Shown piece by piece: positions 1 through 10,344 of a DNA stretch of 64,000 nucleotides. The notes under the pieces are model-generated. The model was given only the letters and a program-made list of their open reading frames with translations. It searched no databases and was not told the DNA's origin. How positions within the stretch are numbered: position 1 is the stretch's first letter; the number at the start of each line of letters is the position of its first letter. The position numbers were made by a program, and so were the translations under genes. Source of the stretch: an uncultured Thermoleophilia bacterium (lineage in GTDB: Bacteria > Actinomycetota > Thermoleophilia > UBA2241); contig CAVPIV010000004.1 in assembly GCA_963705085.1 (NCBI GenBank), positions 1,043,379 to 1,107,378 on the forward strand, written 5' to 3'.

Positions 1-1
1 G

Positions 2-1243
2 GAGTACCTCGATGCTCTCTCCGGAGGGGTGTTCGCGGTCCTCGCCGGGTACGGGCGAGAAGAGATCGCCCGCGCGATGTACGAGCAGGCCCTGAAGCTG
101 AACTACACGAGTCCCTATGCGACGACGAGCGAGGTCACGATCGAGCTGGCCCGGAAGCTCGCCGAGCTGACGCCGGGCGACCTCTGGGCCTCGTTCTTCT
201 GCACCAGCGGCTCGGAGGCGGTCGAGGCCGCGATCAAGCTCGCGCGCCAGTACCACGAAGCGAGCGGCGAGGGCCGGCGGTACAAGGTCGTTTCACTGCG
301 CCGCGCGTACCACGGCGCGACGATGGGCGCCCTGTCGGCCACCGGCTGGAGTCCCGGCTTCCAGCTCTTTCGTCGCGCCGCCGACCCGATTGTTCCCGGC
401 GCCGGGTACGCGAACGCCATGCCGCCTTACTGCTACCGCTGCGAGCTCGCCCTGACACACCCTGAGTGCCACCTCGCCTGCGGCACCACGATCGAGCAGG
501 CGATCCTCGGGAGCGATCCGGAGCTGGTGTCGTGCGTCATCCTCGAGCCGGTCATGGGGACGGCGGGCTGCATCGTCCCTCCGCCCGGCTATCTGGCCAG
601 GGTGCGTGAGATCTGCGACCGCTATGGGGTCTTGCTGATCTCCGACGAGGTGGTCTGCGGCTTCGGCCGAACGGGGCGGTGGTTCGGAGTCGATCACTTC
701 GCCGTGGTCCCCGACATCATGGTGGTCGCCAAGGGCCTCACCAGCGGCTACGCGCCGATGGCGGCGGCCGTGGCCAGGCGCGAGATCGCGGAGAGGATCC
801 CGGTCTTCTTCGACGTCCACACGTACGGGGGGCATCCGGTCTCCGCCGCGGCAGCGCTCGCCAGCATCCGGGTCATCGAGCGCGAGAGCCTCGTGGAGAA
901 CGCGGCCAAGGTCGGGAACTACATGCTGAACCTCCTCGAGGGACTGCGCCGTCACCCCTGGGTGGGCGATGTCCGAGGAGTCGGGCTCTTCATGGCCGTG
1001 GAACTGATGCGAGACCCTGCCGGACGCGAGGACTTCCCGCCCGACTTGCAGGTGGACAACCAGGTCGCGTCGGCCGCGCTCAGCATGGGACTGTTCGTAC
1101 GCCCGCTGGGCGGCACGATCCTGCTCGGCCCCCCGCTGATCTTCACCAAGGCCCAGGCAGACCGAACGGTCGAGGTGCTCGATGCCGCCCTCACGACGGT
1201 GGAGGCGCGCGTCCGTTCCCGGACGGAGAGCCGGTCCGGCTGA
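2..1243 (+). CDS. Class III PLP-dependent aminotransferase (omega-amino acid/BioA-like), 5'-truncated by window edge
   Basis: Frame is open from nt 2 (EYLDALSGG...). Motifs SGSEAVEAAIK, YHGATMG, ILEPVMG, DEVVCGFGRTG, AKGLTSGYAP, HTYGGHP. Confidence 0.9.
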   Translation, partial: EYLDALSGGVFAVLAGYGREEIARAMYEQALKLNYTSPYATTSEVTIELARKLAELTPGDLWASFFCTSGSEAVEAAIKLARQYHEASGEGRRYKVVSLRRAYHGATMGALSATGWSPGFQLFRRAADPIVPGAGYANAMPPYCYRCELALTHPECHLACGTTIEQAILGSDPELVSCVILEPVMGTAGCIVPPPGYLARVREICDRYGVLLISDEVVCGFGRTGRWFGVDHFAVVPDIMVVAKGLTSGYAPMAAAVARREIAERIPVFFDVHTYGGHPVSAAAALASIRVIERESLVENAAKVGNYMLNLLEGLRRHPWVGDVRGVGLFMAVELMRDPAGREDFPPDLQVDNQVASAALSMGLFVRPLGGTILLGPPLIFTKAQADRTVEVLDAALTTVEARVRSRTESRSG

Positions 1244-1277
1244 CGCGGCCGGGTCCCGGACCCAAGAGGGTGAGTCG

Positions 1278-2690
1278 ATGAGCACCGACAAGGCCGTCAC
1301 GAGCCAGCCGGCCGGCAAGGGGAGCAGCAGGTTCGCGCGTCTGACGCCGTTTGACCGCATGTACCTTCGTGACGAGACTGCCGCGTGGCCGTGCCACTTC
1401 GGCGGCCTGGCCGTCCTCGAAGGGAAGGCGCTGCTTGACCCCACGGGGAAGCTGCGGCTGGCCGAGATCAGAGGCCGGCTGAATCGCCGTCTGGCGCGCG
1501 TCCCCGACCTGCGGCAACGCGTCTACGTCCCCGGGCGATTGAGGGGCGGGCCGCTCTGGGTCGACGATCACCAGTTCGCGATCGAGCACCACGTCTACGA
1601 GGCGGCCGTCGAGCCCCCCGGCGGCGACGCCGAGCTCCTGGCGACGGCCGCCCGGCTCTACGAGGGCCTCCTGGACCGCAGGCGGCCACTCTGGGAGCTG
1701 TGGTTCCTCACCGGCCTCAGCGATGGGCGCGTCGGGGTGCTGCTGAAGCTGCACCACGCCGTCGCCGACGGATCGGCGGCCGTCATGATCATGGAGTCCC
1801 TGTTCGACCTCGAGCCTCACCCCCCGGAACCGGCATCCGCCCTGCGAGCGCTCGAGCCCACCCCGGGGAGCTGGTCCCTGCTCGCGGACAACCTCTCCGG
1901 CAAGATCCGAAACGCTCGGCGCGGAGCCGCCATGCTGGCCCATCCGCGGCGACTCGTGAGCGGTGCGCGCGTCTTCGCAGTGGTTGTCGGACGGTCTCTC
2001 GGCCGGAAGGGAGCACCGCGCACCTCACTCAACCAGGTTGTCCGGGCCGGCCGCCGAATCCGGTTCCTCCGGCTGGATCTTGCCGCCGTGAAGGAGGCGG
2101 CCCACGCCCACGGGGGCAAGGTCAACGACGTGGCCCTCGACCTCTGGACGGGAGGGCTGCGCAGCCTGTTGACTTCCCGCGGCGAGCGCGTTGCGCGAGT
2201 GGAGTTGACCACCGGTCAGGCCGTCTCACTGCGATCCGCGGGCGACGGGACTATCGACAACCAGGCGGGAACCGTGGTCCTGAGACTGCCCGTCTGGGAG
2301 GCCGACGTTGAGCGCCGGCTCGACCTGATCGTCGGCAGGACCCGCAAGGCCAAGGCGCGACAGCGCCCCGCCGCGATCAAGGGTGCGATGGTGGCCATGA
2401 CCGCAACGCCGATCGGGCGCTACTTCAACCTCCACCAGCGCGCGGCCAATGTGATCGTCACCAACGTGGTCGGTCCGCCCGTCCCGATGTACGTCATGGG
2501 GGCGCGCATCCTCGACATCCTGCCGATCATCCAGCTCATCGGCAACATCGGGCTGACGCTGTGCGCCTTCTCGTACGACGGCCGGATCTACCTGGTCGTC
2601 ACCGCCGACGCACGCGGCTTCCCAGACCTGGACGTGCTGATAGCCGGGATGGAGCGGGAGTGGCAGGCCCTGATCGGCAGCCCGACGTGA
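1278..2690 (+). CDS. Wax ester synthase/diacylglycerol acyltransferase (WS/DGAT) family O-acyltransferase
   Basis: LDRRRPLWELWF followed by the catalytic HHAVADG (HHxxxDG); KVNDV; TNVVGP C-terminal domain. ATG at 1278. Confidence 0.9.
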   Translation: MSTDKAVTSQPAGKGSSRFARLTPFDRMYLRDETAAWPCHFGGLAVLEGKALLDPTGKLRLAEIRGRLNRRLARVPDLRQRVYVPGRLRGGPLWVDDHQFAIEHHVYEAAVEPPGGDAELLATAARLYEGLLDRRRPLWELWFLTGLSDGRVGVLLKLHHAVADGSAAVMIMESLFDLEPHPPEPASALRALEPTPGSWSLLADNLSGKIRNARRGAAMLAHPRRLVSGARVFAVVVGRSLGRKGAPRTSLNQVVRAGRRIRFLRLDLAAVKEAAHAHGGKVNDVALDLWTGGLRSLLTSRGERVARVELTTGQAVSLRSAGDGTIDNQAGTVVLRLPVWEADVERRLDLIVGRTRKAKARQRPAAIKGAMVAMTATPIGRYFNLHQRAANVIVTNVVGPPVPMYVMGARILDILPIIQLIGNIGLTLCAFSYDGRIYLVVTADARGFPDLDVLIAGMEREWQALIGSPT

Positions 2691-2697
2691 GGGGTTC

Positions 2698-3984
2698 CTA
2701 GCAAGCGGCCGCGGCCGCCGCCAGGCCATCCGCGAGCACGCCCGCCACCCGCTCGAGCTGCGCGTCCTCGATGACCAGCGGCGGCTGGACGCGCAGCACG
2801 TTGCCGGCGTTGCCGCCGACGCCGATGAGGACGCCGTGTTCGAGGCAGTACTGGCGCACGAAGGCCGCGGCGGCGCCGGCCGGCGCTTTCGTCGCCCGGT
2901 CGGTCACGAGCTCGACGCCGATCATCAGGCCCCTGCCGCGCACCTCGCCGATCAGCGGCTGCGAGTCCGCGAGGTCCTCGAGGCGGGCCTGGAGGGCGGC
3001 GCCCTTCGCGGCCGAGGCCGCGACCACGCCGCCCTCCAGCACCTCGATGTTGGCCAGTGCGGCGGCGCAGCTCACCGGGTTGCCGCCGAAAGTGCTCAGG
3101 TGATCGCCGGGCTGGAAGGCGTCGGCGATCTCCGGCCGGGTCGTGAAGGCCGAGAGCGGCCAGCCGTCGGCGATGCCCTTGGCCATCACGATGATGTCGG
3201 GCTCGACGCCCTCGTGCTCCACGGCGAACATGCGGCCGGTGCGCCCGAAGCCGCTCTGCACCTCGTCGGCGATGAAGAGCACATCCTCCTCGTCGAGGAT
3301 CTCCTTGACCCGCCGGAAGTAGCCGTCCGGCGGCACGATGATGCCGCCCTCGCCCATGACCGGCTCGGCGATGAAGGCACAGACGTTGCCCGACAGGTGC
3401 AGGCGCATGACGTCGGCGACGCGCCGCGCGCAGAGCAGGCCGCACGTCTCCGGGTCCTTCTCGGCGAAGCAGCGGTAGCAGTACGGGGTCGGGGCGAAGG
3501 CGACGCCCGGCATGTACGGGCCGCCGCCCTTCTTGCGGCCCGAGTTGCCGGTCACCGACAGCGTGGCGTACGAGCGCCCGTGGAAGCTCGACTCGAGCGC
3601 CACGAACTCGTTCCTGCCGGTGAAGCGTCTGGCGAGCCGGAAGGCGCCCTCGATCGCCTCCGCGCCGCCGTTGCCGAAGAACGTCTTCTGCAGCCGCCCA
3701 GGCGTGATCTGGGCGAGCTTCTCGGCCAGGGCCGCAACGCTCGCCACGTGGTAGACGTACGAGCAGGCGTGCACCAGCTTCTCCGCCTGCGCCATGGCAG
3801 CCCCCAGCACCCTGGCGTTGTGATGCCCGGCGTTGGTGACGCTGATCCCGGCGAAGCAGTCGATGTACTCGGCGCCGTCCTCGTCGTAGAGGAGCGCCCC
3901 CTCGCCGTGATCGACGACCACGGGCTCGACCCGCTTCATGAACCCGGTGATCACGTAGTCGCGGTACTGCTGCTTCACGTCCAT
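2698..3984 (-). CDS. Class III aminotransferase (GabT/beta-alanine/4-aminobutyrate aminotransferase-like)
   Basis: GGAEAIEGA, SFHGRS, IAEPVMGEGG, DEVQSGFGRTG, MAKGIADG, STFGGNP. Ends in TAG. Confidence 0.9.
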   Translation of the reverse strand: MDVKQQYRDYVITGFMKRVEPVVVDHGEGALLYDEDGAEYIDCFAGISVTNAGHHNARVLGAAMAQAEKLVHACSYVYHVASVAALAEKLAQITPGRLQKTFFGNGGAEAIEGAFRLARRFTGRNEFVALESSFHGRSYATLSVTGNSGRKKGGGPYMPGVAFAPTPYCYRCFAEKDPETCGLLCARRVADVMRLHLSGNVCAFIAEPVMGEGGIIVPPDGYFRRVKEILDEEDVLFIADEVQSGFGRTGRMFAVEHEGVEPDIIVMAKGIADGWPLSAFTTRPEIADAFQPGDHLSTFGGNPVSCAAALANIEVLEGGVVAASAAKGAALQARLEDLADSQPLIGEVRGRGLMIGVELVTDRATKAPAGAAAAFVRQYCLEHGVLIGVGGNAGNVLRVQPPLVIEDAQLERVAGVLADGLAAAAAAC

Positions 3985-4022
3985 CCTCGACCACCCTCTC
4001 GTGACGGGCCTGTGCCCGTGTC

Positions 4023-5555
4023 TCACATCCGGTTGACGGTGCCCTCCCACGTGCCGACCTTCGTCGCCTGCCGGTCCTCGGGCGTGAACCAGCGCGACGT
4101 CACGCACTTGGTCTCGGTGTAGAAGCGCACGCCGTCGGTGCCCAGCACGTGCGCGTCGCCGAAGAACGACTGCTTGTGCCCGGAGAACGGGAAGAAGGAC
4201 ACGGGCACCGGGATGCCCACGTTGATGCCGACCATGCCGGCGTCCGAACGCCGGGCGAATTCGCGCGCGTGGTAGCCGCTCTCCGTGAAGATGCACGAGC
4301 CGTTGGCGAAGCGGCTGCCGTTCATGATCGCCATACCTTCCTCGAAGTCCGCGACGCGCTTGACGAAGAGGACCGGGCCGAACACCTCGTCGCGGCCGCA
4401 GACCATCTCCTCGGTGACCCGGTCGAAGACCGTGGGGCCGACGAAGAAGCCGTTCTCGTAGCCGGGCACGACGACGTTGCGGCCGTCGAGGACGAGCTCC
4501 GCTCCCTCATCGACGGCCTTGTCGATCCAGCCGGTGACGAAGCGTTTGTGCTGGGCCGTGACCAGCGGGCCGAGCTCCGTTCTGGGGTCGTAGGCGCAGC
4601 CGACGACGCGTTCGCGGGCGAAGCGGACGATGTGCCCCAGGAACTCGTCGGCGACAGCCTCCTCGACGACGCAGACCGGCAAGGCCATGCAGCGCATGCC
4701 GGCGCACCCGAAGGTGGAGTTGATGATGCCGGCGGCCGCCCGCTCGAGCGCGGCGTCGCGCAGCACCAGGCCATGGTTCTTGGCCTCGGTCTGCGCCTGC
4801 ACGCGCTTGCCGTGAGCGGCCGCAACGGAGTAGACGTGCAGCCCCGTCTTCGTCGAGCCGACGAAGCTCACTCCCCGGACGGCAGGATGCGTGACGAGGA
4901 CCTCCGCCTCGGCCGGCTTGCAGGTCACGAGGTTGACGACCCCCTTGGGCAGGCCGGCCTCGATGAGCAGCTCGAGCAGCCGCATGCCGGTTGTCGGGAC
5001 CATGCTGCGCAGCTTGAGCACCAGTGTGTTGCCGGTGGCGACACAGAGCGGCAGCATCCAGCCGAACGGGATCATCGCCGGGAAGTTGAAGGGCGCGATC
5101 CCGACGAAGACGCCGAGCGGCTCGCGGTAGCTGACCGTGTCGTGCCCCGCCGACACGTTCATGAGCGACTCGCCCTTCATGAGCATCGGCGCCCCGACGG
5201 CGAGCTCGCAGGCCTCGATGATCTTGACGACCTCGCCGCGCGCCTCCTCGAGGTTCTTGCCGAGCTCGCGGCTCGTCAGATGGGCGATCTCCTCGACGTG
5301 CTCCTCGAGCAGCGCCTTCCAGCGGAAGAGCACCTGGGTGCGGACCGCCACCGGCTTGGCCGCCCAGGCGTCGAACGCCCTGTGGGCGGCCTCGATCGCG
5401 GCGGCCACCTCCTCAGCGGTGCACGCCGGGGTCTCGGCGAACACCTCGCCGGTGCTCGAGTCGCTCACCGGCAGGTACGTCTCGGTCGCCGACTCCCGCC
5501 ACTCGCCGTCCACGCAGTACTTGAGCCTCTTTACCTGGGACGTGTGGTCTGCCAT
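4023..5555 (-). CDS. mmsA: CoA-acylating (methyl)malonate-semialdehyde dehydrogenase
   Basis: PFNFPAMIP, SFVGST, GKRVQAQTEAKNH, FGCAGMRCMAL, GINVGIPVP, FSGHKQSFFGD are MmsA/IolA signatures. Confidence 0.9.
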   Translation of the reverse strand: MADHTSQVKRLKYCVDGEWRESATETYLPVSDSSTGEVFAETPACTAEEVAAAIEAAHRAFDAWAAKPVAVRTQVLFRWKALLEEHVEEIAHLTSRELGKNLEEARGEVVKIIEACELAVGAPMLMKGESLMNVSAGHDTVSYREPLGVFVGIAPFNFPAMIPFGWMLPLCVATGNTLVLKLRSMVPTTGMRLLELLIEAGLPKGVVNLVTCKPAEAEVLVTHPAVRGVSFVGSTKTGLHVYSVAAAHGKRVQAQTEAKNHGLVLRDAALERAAAGIINSTFGCAGMRCMALPVCVVEEAVADEFLGHIVRFARERVVGCAYDPRTELGPLVTAQHKRFVTGWIDKAVDEGAELVLDGRNVVVPGYENGFFVGPTVFDRVTEEMVCGRDEVFGPVLFVKRVADFEEGMAIMNGSRFANGSCIFTESGYHAREFARRSDAGMVGINVGIPVPVSFFPFSGHKQSFFGDAHVLGTDGVRFYTETKCVTSRWFTPEDRQATKVGTWEGTVNRM

Positions 5556-5570
5556 CTCGCGTCCTTCCTC

Positions 5571-6959
5571 CTAGAGCGAAGCCCGCTCCCTGAACCGGTC
5601 GACGCAGTTGATCGGGACGTCGAGCACCCGCGCGATATTGAACTTCGCCTCGATGAAGTTGGCCTGGGCGGGCTGACTGATCGCGTACGAGTGAATGCGG
5701 CCAAAGCCGTGCTCGTTGCGCACGTCCGTCATCACGGCCGGGTCGGAGAGGTCGAACGGCGACACGCCCAGCTTGCCGGCCACGTACTCCTTGGCCTCCT
5801 TGAGACGCATACCCCGGGTCATCTGCATCCGTGCCACCAGATCTCCGGCAGCACGCATACCGCCCATGCCCGCGGCCTGCGTGTGGGTGCCCTGCATGCC
5901 GAGAGGGTCACCCGACCCCACCTACAACCCGTCGATCTTGAGGATGTCGACGAAGGCCTTGGCGGCCCGGCACGCCGCATCGACGACCGGGTGCACGAAC
6001 ATCGGCACGCCGCCGACGCCCATGCCCACGTTGGGGTGGATCGGGATCGTCGCGTCGGCCATGCAGGGTTTGATCAAGGTCAGCGCCCTGGCCATGTTCC
6101 AGGCGCAGCTCTTGCCGGTGTTGATGTTGACAACCGGCCCGAACATGGTGGCCCCCGCCTTCTGGGCGAGGAGCATCTGCTGGTGCGGCCACTGCCCGGC
6201 CAGCCGCACCCCGTCGTACTCGAGCCGCCCGTGCATGCCGAGCACGAACTCGCCGGCCATGCCCAGCTCGACGCCCATCGTCGGGTACTTCTTGCGCACG
6301 ATCTCGGTCGCCCGCAGGGCGGCGAGGAACTCGGGATCGCCCGAGGCCCCGGTTGTGTCCCAGTCGAGGCCGTCGGCGCCCGCCTCCCACATCGCGTCGG
6401 CGAGCTTCACCATGTCGTCGACAGCCATGTCGACGGCCTCCTCCTCGGCCTCCCGGGCCTCCGGGATCTGCCCCGCCGGCAGCAGCTCGTTCCAGTTCGG
6501 GAACGGGCCGTCGGGCTTGGAGTACAGGCCCAGGTTGACCATGACGCCGTACTGCATGGGGACGACCATCTGCAGCTGGGCGTCGTGCAGGCACTGGGCC
6601 TCGTACGGCAGGATCGTGCGGACGACCTTGAGCGAGTAGTCGCCGACGCAGAGCTCCACCAGGTCGGCGCCCATCCACTGCTCGAACGACTGCATGTCCT
6701 GCTGGCGCGTCGCGTGGGTCTTCATGCCTGTGCCGTCGCAGCTCAGCACGACCTCGTCGCCCAGGTCGACGCTGGTGAAGCGCGCGGGCGAGGCGTAGAT
6801 GTCGAGGACGTGCTCCATCTCGTCGGCGTCGAGCGGCGGCACCTTGGCGCGGGCGGCCGCCGCCTCGACGCCTGCTTCGATGTCCGCCTGCAGCTCGCCG
6901 CGCGTCAGGCGCGCGATCGTGCCGTCGCCCATGCGCGTTGGTATCCGGTTCTCGTTCAC
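5571..6959 (-). CDS. mtbB: Dimethylamine:corrinoid methyltransferase, pyrrolysine-containing (in-frame TAG at 5924-5922)
   Basis: ORFs 5922..6959 and 5571..5921 share a frame and are separated by one TAG: ...ILKIDGL-TAG-VGSGDPLGM...MRAAGDLVARMQ...EAKEYVA. This matches the MtbB Pyl context (DGI-O-IGVGDPLGM). N-terminal TRMGDG; IPIHPNVGMGVGGVPM. Confidence 0.93.
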
Positions 6960-7003
6960 CGCTGATCCCTCCCCCGGCAGCCGTTGCCGCCGCGCGAGTC
7001 CAA

Positions 7004-7023
7004 CTAACCGGTCAATCGATCAC
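7004..7023. promoter_or_regulatory. Putative operator (TRAyC-N8-GrTYA) in the mtbB/mttB divergent intergenic region
   Basis: CTAACCGGTCAATCGATCAC resembles the sites at 18119 and 23997. Confidence 0.5.
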
Positions 7024-7191
7024 TTGGTATGCTACACGCCACAGGGGGTCAAGGGCGAGAGGCGCGCTGGCGCGGCGATGGTCGGTCGCCGGCCCGCGGG
7101 CACGGTTCTCGTCCCTGCCGCCCTCGCTTGACGGTGGCGAACGCCGGTGCAATCGTGCGAGCCGTCGCCCGGCGCGGAAGGGGGGAGAACG

Positions 7192-8642
7192 ATGAGAGCG
7201 ACGACGACCTGGCTGAGCGACGCCGAGAAGCGGAGCATCGTCGACGGCGCCCTCGACCTCCTCGCCAACGTCGGCATGCGCTTCGCCGGCTCTCGCACGC
7301 TGCCGCTGCTGGCGGAGCGGGGGGCGCGCATCGACGAGGCGACCGGCATCGTGCGCCTGCCGCGCGACCTCGTCGCCTGGGCCGTCGAGCGCTGCCCGCG
7401 CTCGTTCCTCATGGCCGGCGCCTCGCCGGCGGACGATGTCATGCTCGGCGAGGGGCGGCCGTTCCACTTCCGCCCAGCGGCTGTGTCGCCAAGACCCTCG
7501 ACTACCGCACGGGCACCCGAAGGCCCAGCACGCTGGCCGACGTGCGCGAGGGCACGGCGGTCATGGACGCGCTGCCGCAGCTCGACCTCATGTGGACGCA
7601 GGTGAGCGCAACCGACGTGCCCCTGGAGCGGCGCGAGCTGCTCGAGTACTTCACCGTGCTCACCGAGACGTCGCGGCACGTCACCTTCGTCGACTGCCCG
7701 CAGGAGGTCGACGCCGTCCTGCGCCTCTGCGAGGTCCTGGAGGGCGACCTCGACCGCTTCCGCGAACGGCCGCGCATCTCCACGGTCGTCACGGCGGCGT
7801 CGCCGCTCCAGGTCGACGGGCCCGTCCTCGACACGCACGTCGCCCTCGCGGCACACGGCGTGCCGATCGAGGTCTACTCGATGACGATCGCCGGCGCGAC
7901 GTCGCCGGTGACGCTCGCCGGCACCGTCGCCCAGGGTCTGGCGGAGTTCCTCGGCGTCGCCACCGCGCTCCAGGTCGCGGCGCCCGGCGCGAGGGTGGTC
8001 TTCTGCTTCGGCTCCGGCGTCCTCGACATGCTGCGCACGACCTTCTCGCTCGGCTGCGTGGAGAGCGCCCTCATGGCCGTCATGGCCACCGAGGTCGGCC
8101 ACCACGTGGGCGTGCCGACGCTCAACCCCGGGCTGTCCACCGACGCCAAGCACGCCGGCCTGCAGACCGGCTACGAGAAGGCCCTCAAGGCGGCGACGGT
8201 GTGCGCCGCCAGCCCCGACATCGTGTCCGGCTGGGGTCTCATCGACTCGCACAACACGATGTACCTGCCGCAGTCGGTGGTCGACAACGAGATCGCCGCC
8301 ATGGTGCGCCGCCTCACCTCCGCCGTCGAGGTGTCGCCCGAGACGCTGGCCGCCGACTCAGTCGCCCGTGTCGGGCCGGGCGGCAGCTTTCTCGGCGAGA
8401 AGGCGACGGCGCGCCGCATCCGCGCCGGCGAGCACTACCTGCCGACGGTCTCGACCAGGCTCTCCTACGAGAAGTGGATCGAGGACGGCCAGACCGAGAT
8501 CGACGCGGCGACGGCCACGGTGGAGCGCATCCTCGCGGCCCGCCCCTCCCGGCAACCCCATCTCCGCGACGAGCAGATCGACGAACTGGCCGCGATCTGC
8601 CGCGCCGGCCCCGAGAGCGTGCGCCAGGCGAAGGGAACGTGA
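7192..8642 (+). CDS. Non-pyrrolysine MttB-superfamily methyltransferase, with a 1-nt deletion frameshift near 7470
   Basis: N-terminal half MRATTTWLS...GRPFHF joins PSGCVAKTLDY...SPLQVD...AGATSPVTLAG...GLSTDAKHAGLQTGYEK...VGPGGSFLG after one missing base (ttccgccc). Confidence 0.85.
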
Positions 8643-8643
8643 C

Positions 8644-9558
8644 ATGAGAATCGGCTACATCGGTCTCGGCTGCCTCGGCCGCCCCCTGGCCCACAGCCTG
8701 CTCGAGGCGGGCTTCCCGCTCACCGTCTACGATGTCGACCGGACCTGCGCCACCGATCTGGTGGCGGCCGGCGCCGTCTGCGCCGACTCGGCCGCCGAGA
8801 CGGCCCGGCTGTCGGACACCGTCATCACCTGCCTCCCCTCCCCCGAGATCGTCGCCGAGGCGGTGGCCGGCGAGGACGGCATCCTCGCCGGCCTGGCGCC
8901 CGGAGGGACGTGGATCGACATGAGCACCAACGACCTACACGAGCTGCGGCGGCTCGCCGCGGCGGCGGCGGAGCAAGGCGTCGCGACGCTCGAGGCGCCG
9001 GTCACCGGCGGCGTTCACCGCGCCGCCGCCGGCATGATCACCGTCCTCGTCGGCGGCGACGAAGAGGTCTTCCGGGCGCACCTCCCCGCCTTCGAAGCGA
9101 TGGGCGGCCGCGTCTTCTACATCGGCGAGCTGGGCCAGGCCTCGGTGATCAAGGTGATCACCAACATGCTGGCCTTCATCCACCTCGTCGCCGACGGCGA
9201 GGCGCTGATGCTGGCCAAGCGCGGCGGCGTCGACCTCAAGCTCGCCTGGGACGTGATCAAGGCCAGCTCGGGCAACAGCTTCGTCCACGAGACCGAGGGC
9301 CAGCTCGTCCTCAACGGCAGCTACAACATCAACTTCACGATGGATCTGGCCCGCAAGGATCTCCATTTCGCCCACCAGCTCGGCCGCGAGTTCGGCGTGC
9401 CGCTGGAGCTCGGCGGGCTCACCGAGCAGATCTTCGCCCGAGCCCGGGCGATGTACGGCGGCGGCGCCCAGTCGCCGATGGTCGTCAAGATGCTCGAGGA
9501 CTGCTGCGGCACCGACCTGCGGGCCCCCGGCTTCCCTGCCGAGCTGGCGCCCGAGTGA
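8644..9558 (+). CDS. NAD(P)-dependent beta-hydroxyacid dehydrogenase family oxidoreductase
   Basis: IGYIGLGCLG Rossmann motif, IDMSTN, EAPVTGG, K-VITN catalytic lysine, FTMDLARKDL. Confidence 0.9.
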   Translation: MRIGYIGLGCLGRPLAHSLLEAGFPLTVYDVDRTCATDLVAAGAVCADSAAETARLSDTVITCLPSPEIVAEAVAGEDGILAGLAPGGTWIDMSTNDLHELRRLAAAAAEQGVATLEAPVTGGVHRAAAGMITVLVGGDEEVFRAHLPAFEAMGGRVFYIGELGQASVIKVITNMLAFIHLVADGEALMLAKRGGVDLKLAWDVIKASSGNSFVHETEGQLVLNGSYNINFTMDLARKDLHFAHQLGREFGVPLELGGLTEQIFARARAMYGGGAQSPMVVKMLEDCCGTDLRAPGFPAELAPE

Positions 9559-9595
9559 TGGACTGCCGGTCGTCCGTCGTGGGAGACTGAGAGCC

Positions 9596-10063
9596 GTGCC
9601 GCACGTCCTGATCTCGAGGAAGACCTGCTCCGGCTGCCACCTCTGCGAGCTGGCCTGCTCCGCCTGGCACGAAGGCGTCTACCGCCCGACGCTGGCCCGC
9701 CTGCGCGTCGAGGTCAACCCGACGACGACGGCGATCAAGGGCTTCACCTGCCTGCAGACGGCCTGCCACAAGTGCCAGGACGCCTGCCCGCACGCCGCGA
9801 TCGTCACCGAGTCCGGGGTGCTCCTCGTCGTCGAGGAGCTCTGCAACGCCTGCGCCGACATCGCCGAGGGTCCGCGCTGCGTGACCGCCTGCCCGTACGA
9901 CGTGATCGCCATCCACCCGGACTCGGGCAAGGCCTTCAAGTGCGACATGTGCCGCGGCGGCGAGCCCCAGTGCGTGGCCTTCTGCCAGAACCCCGTCGTG
10001 CTGGCGGTGACGGTGCGGGCGGACAAGGGCGACCCGGCGGACTCGACCCCCGCGCCGGAGTGA
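9596..10063 (+). CDS. 4Fe-4S dicluster ferredoxin-like protein (AOR-associated)
   Basis: CSGCHLCELAC, CLQTACHKCQDACP, CNAC...CVTACP, KCDMC...CVAFC. Confidence 0.9.
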   Translation: MPHVLISRKTCSGCHLCELACSAWHEGVYRPTLARLRVEVNPTTTAIKGFTCLQTACHKCQDACPHAAIVTESGVLLVVEELCNACADIAEGPRCVTACPYDVIAIHPDSGKAFKCDMCRGGEPQCVAFCQNPVVLAVTVRADKGDPADSTPAPE

Positions 10064-10068
10064 CGGCG

Positions 10069-10335
10069 ATGGCCGAGGTCAAGCTGACGCTCCCGCTCGG
10101 CTGGGACCACCCGCGCGCCCTGCGCGAGCTGGAGTGCGACGCGGCCACCGTGGGCGAGGCGATCGACCGCTTCATCGCCCAGGAGCCGCTGCTGGAGCCG
10201 CGCATCAAGCGCGACGGCCGCGTCTGGGTGGGCATCTTCGTCAACGGCCGGAACGTGCACTACCTTGACGGACTCGACACCCGGCTGGCGGACGGCGACA
10301 CGCTGACGCTCCTCACGCCCGTGGCCGGCGGATAG
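10069..10335 (+). CDS. MoaD/ThiS family sulfur carrier protein
   Basis: IFVNGRN...DTRLADGDTLTLLTPVAGG; C-terminal Gly-Gly followed by TAG. Confidence 0.9.
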   Translation: MAEVKLTLPLGWDHPRALRELECDAATVGEAIDRFIAQEPLLEPRIKRDGRVWVGIFVNGRNVHYLDGLDTRLADGDTLTLLTPVAGG

Positions 10336-10344
10336 GACGGCGCG

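Noticed and set aside
4149-6965. Very long antisense ORFs (e.g. 4149..6965+, 18676..21471+, 35251..38226+, 45907..48615+, 61127..63181+)
   Set aside because: Shadow frames of real opposite-strand genes, expected at high GC; they carry no recognisable motifs.
7465-7480. Programmed frameshift in the first mttB
   Set aside because: No slippery heptamer or stimulatory element; one missing C in a short run explains it.
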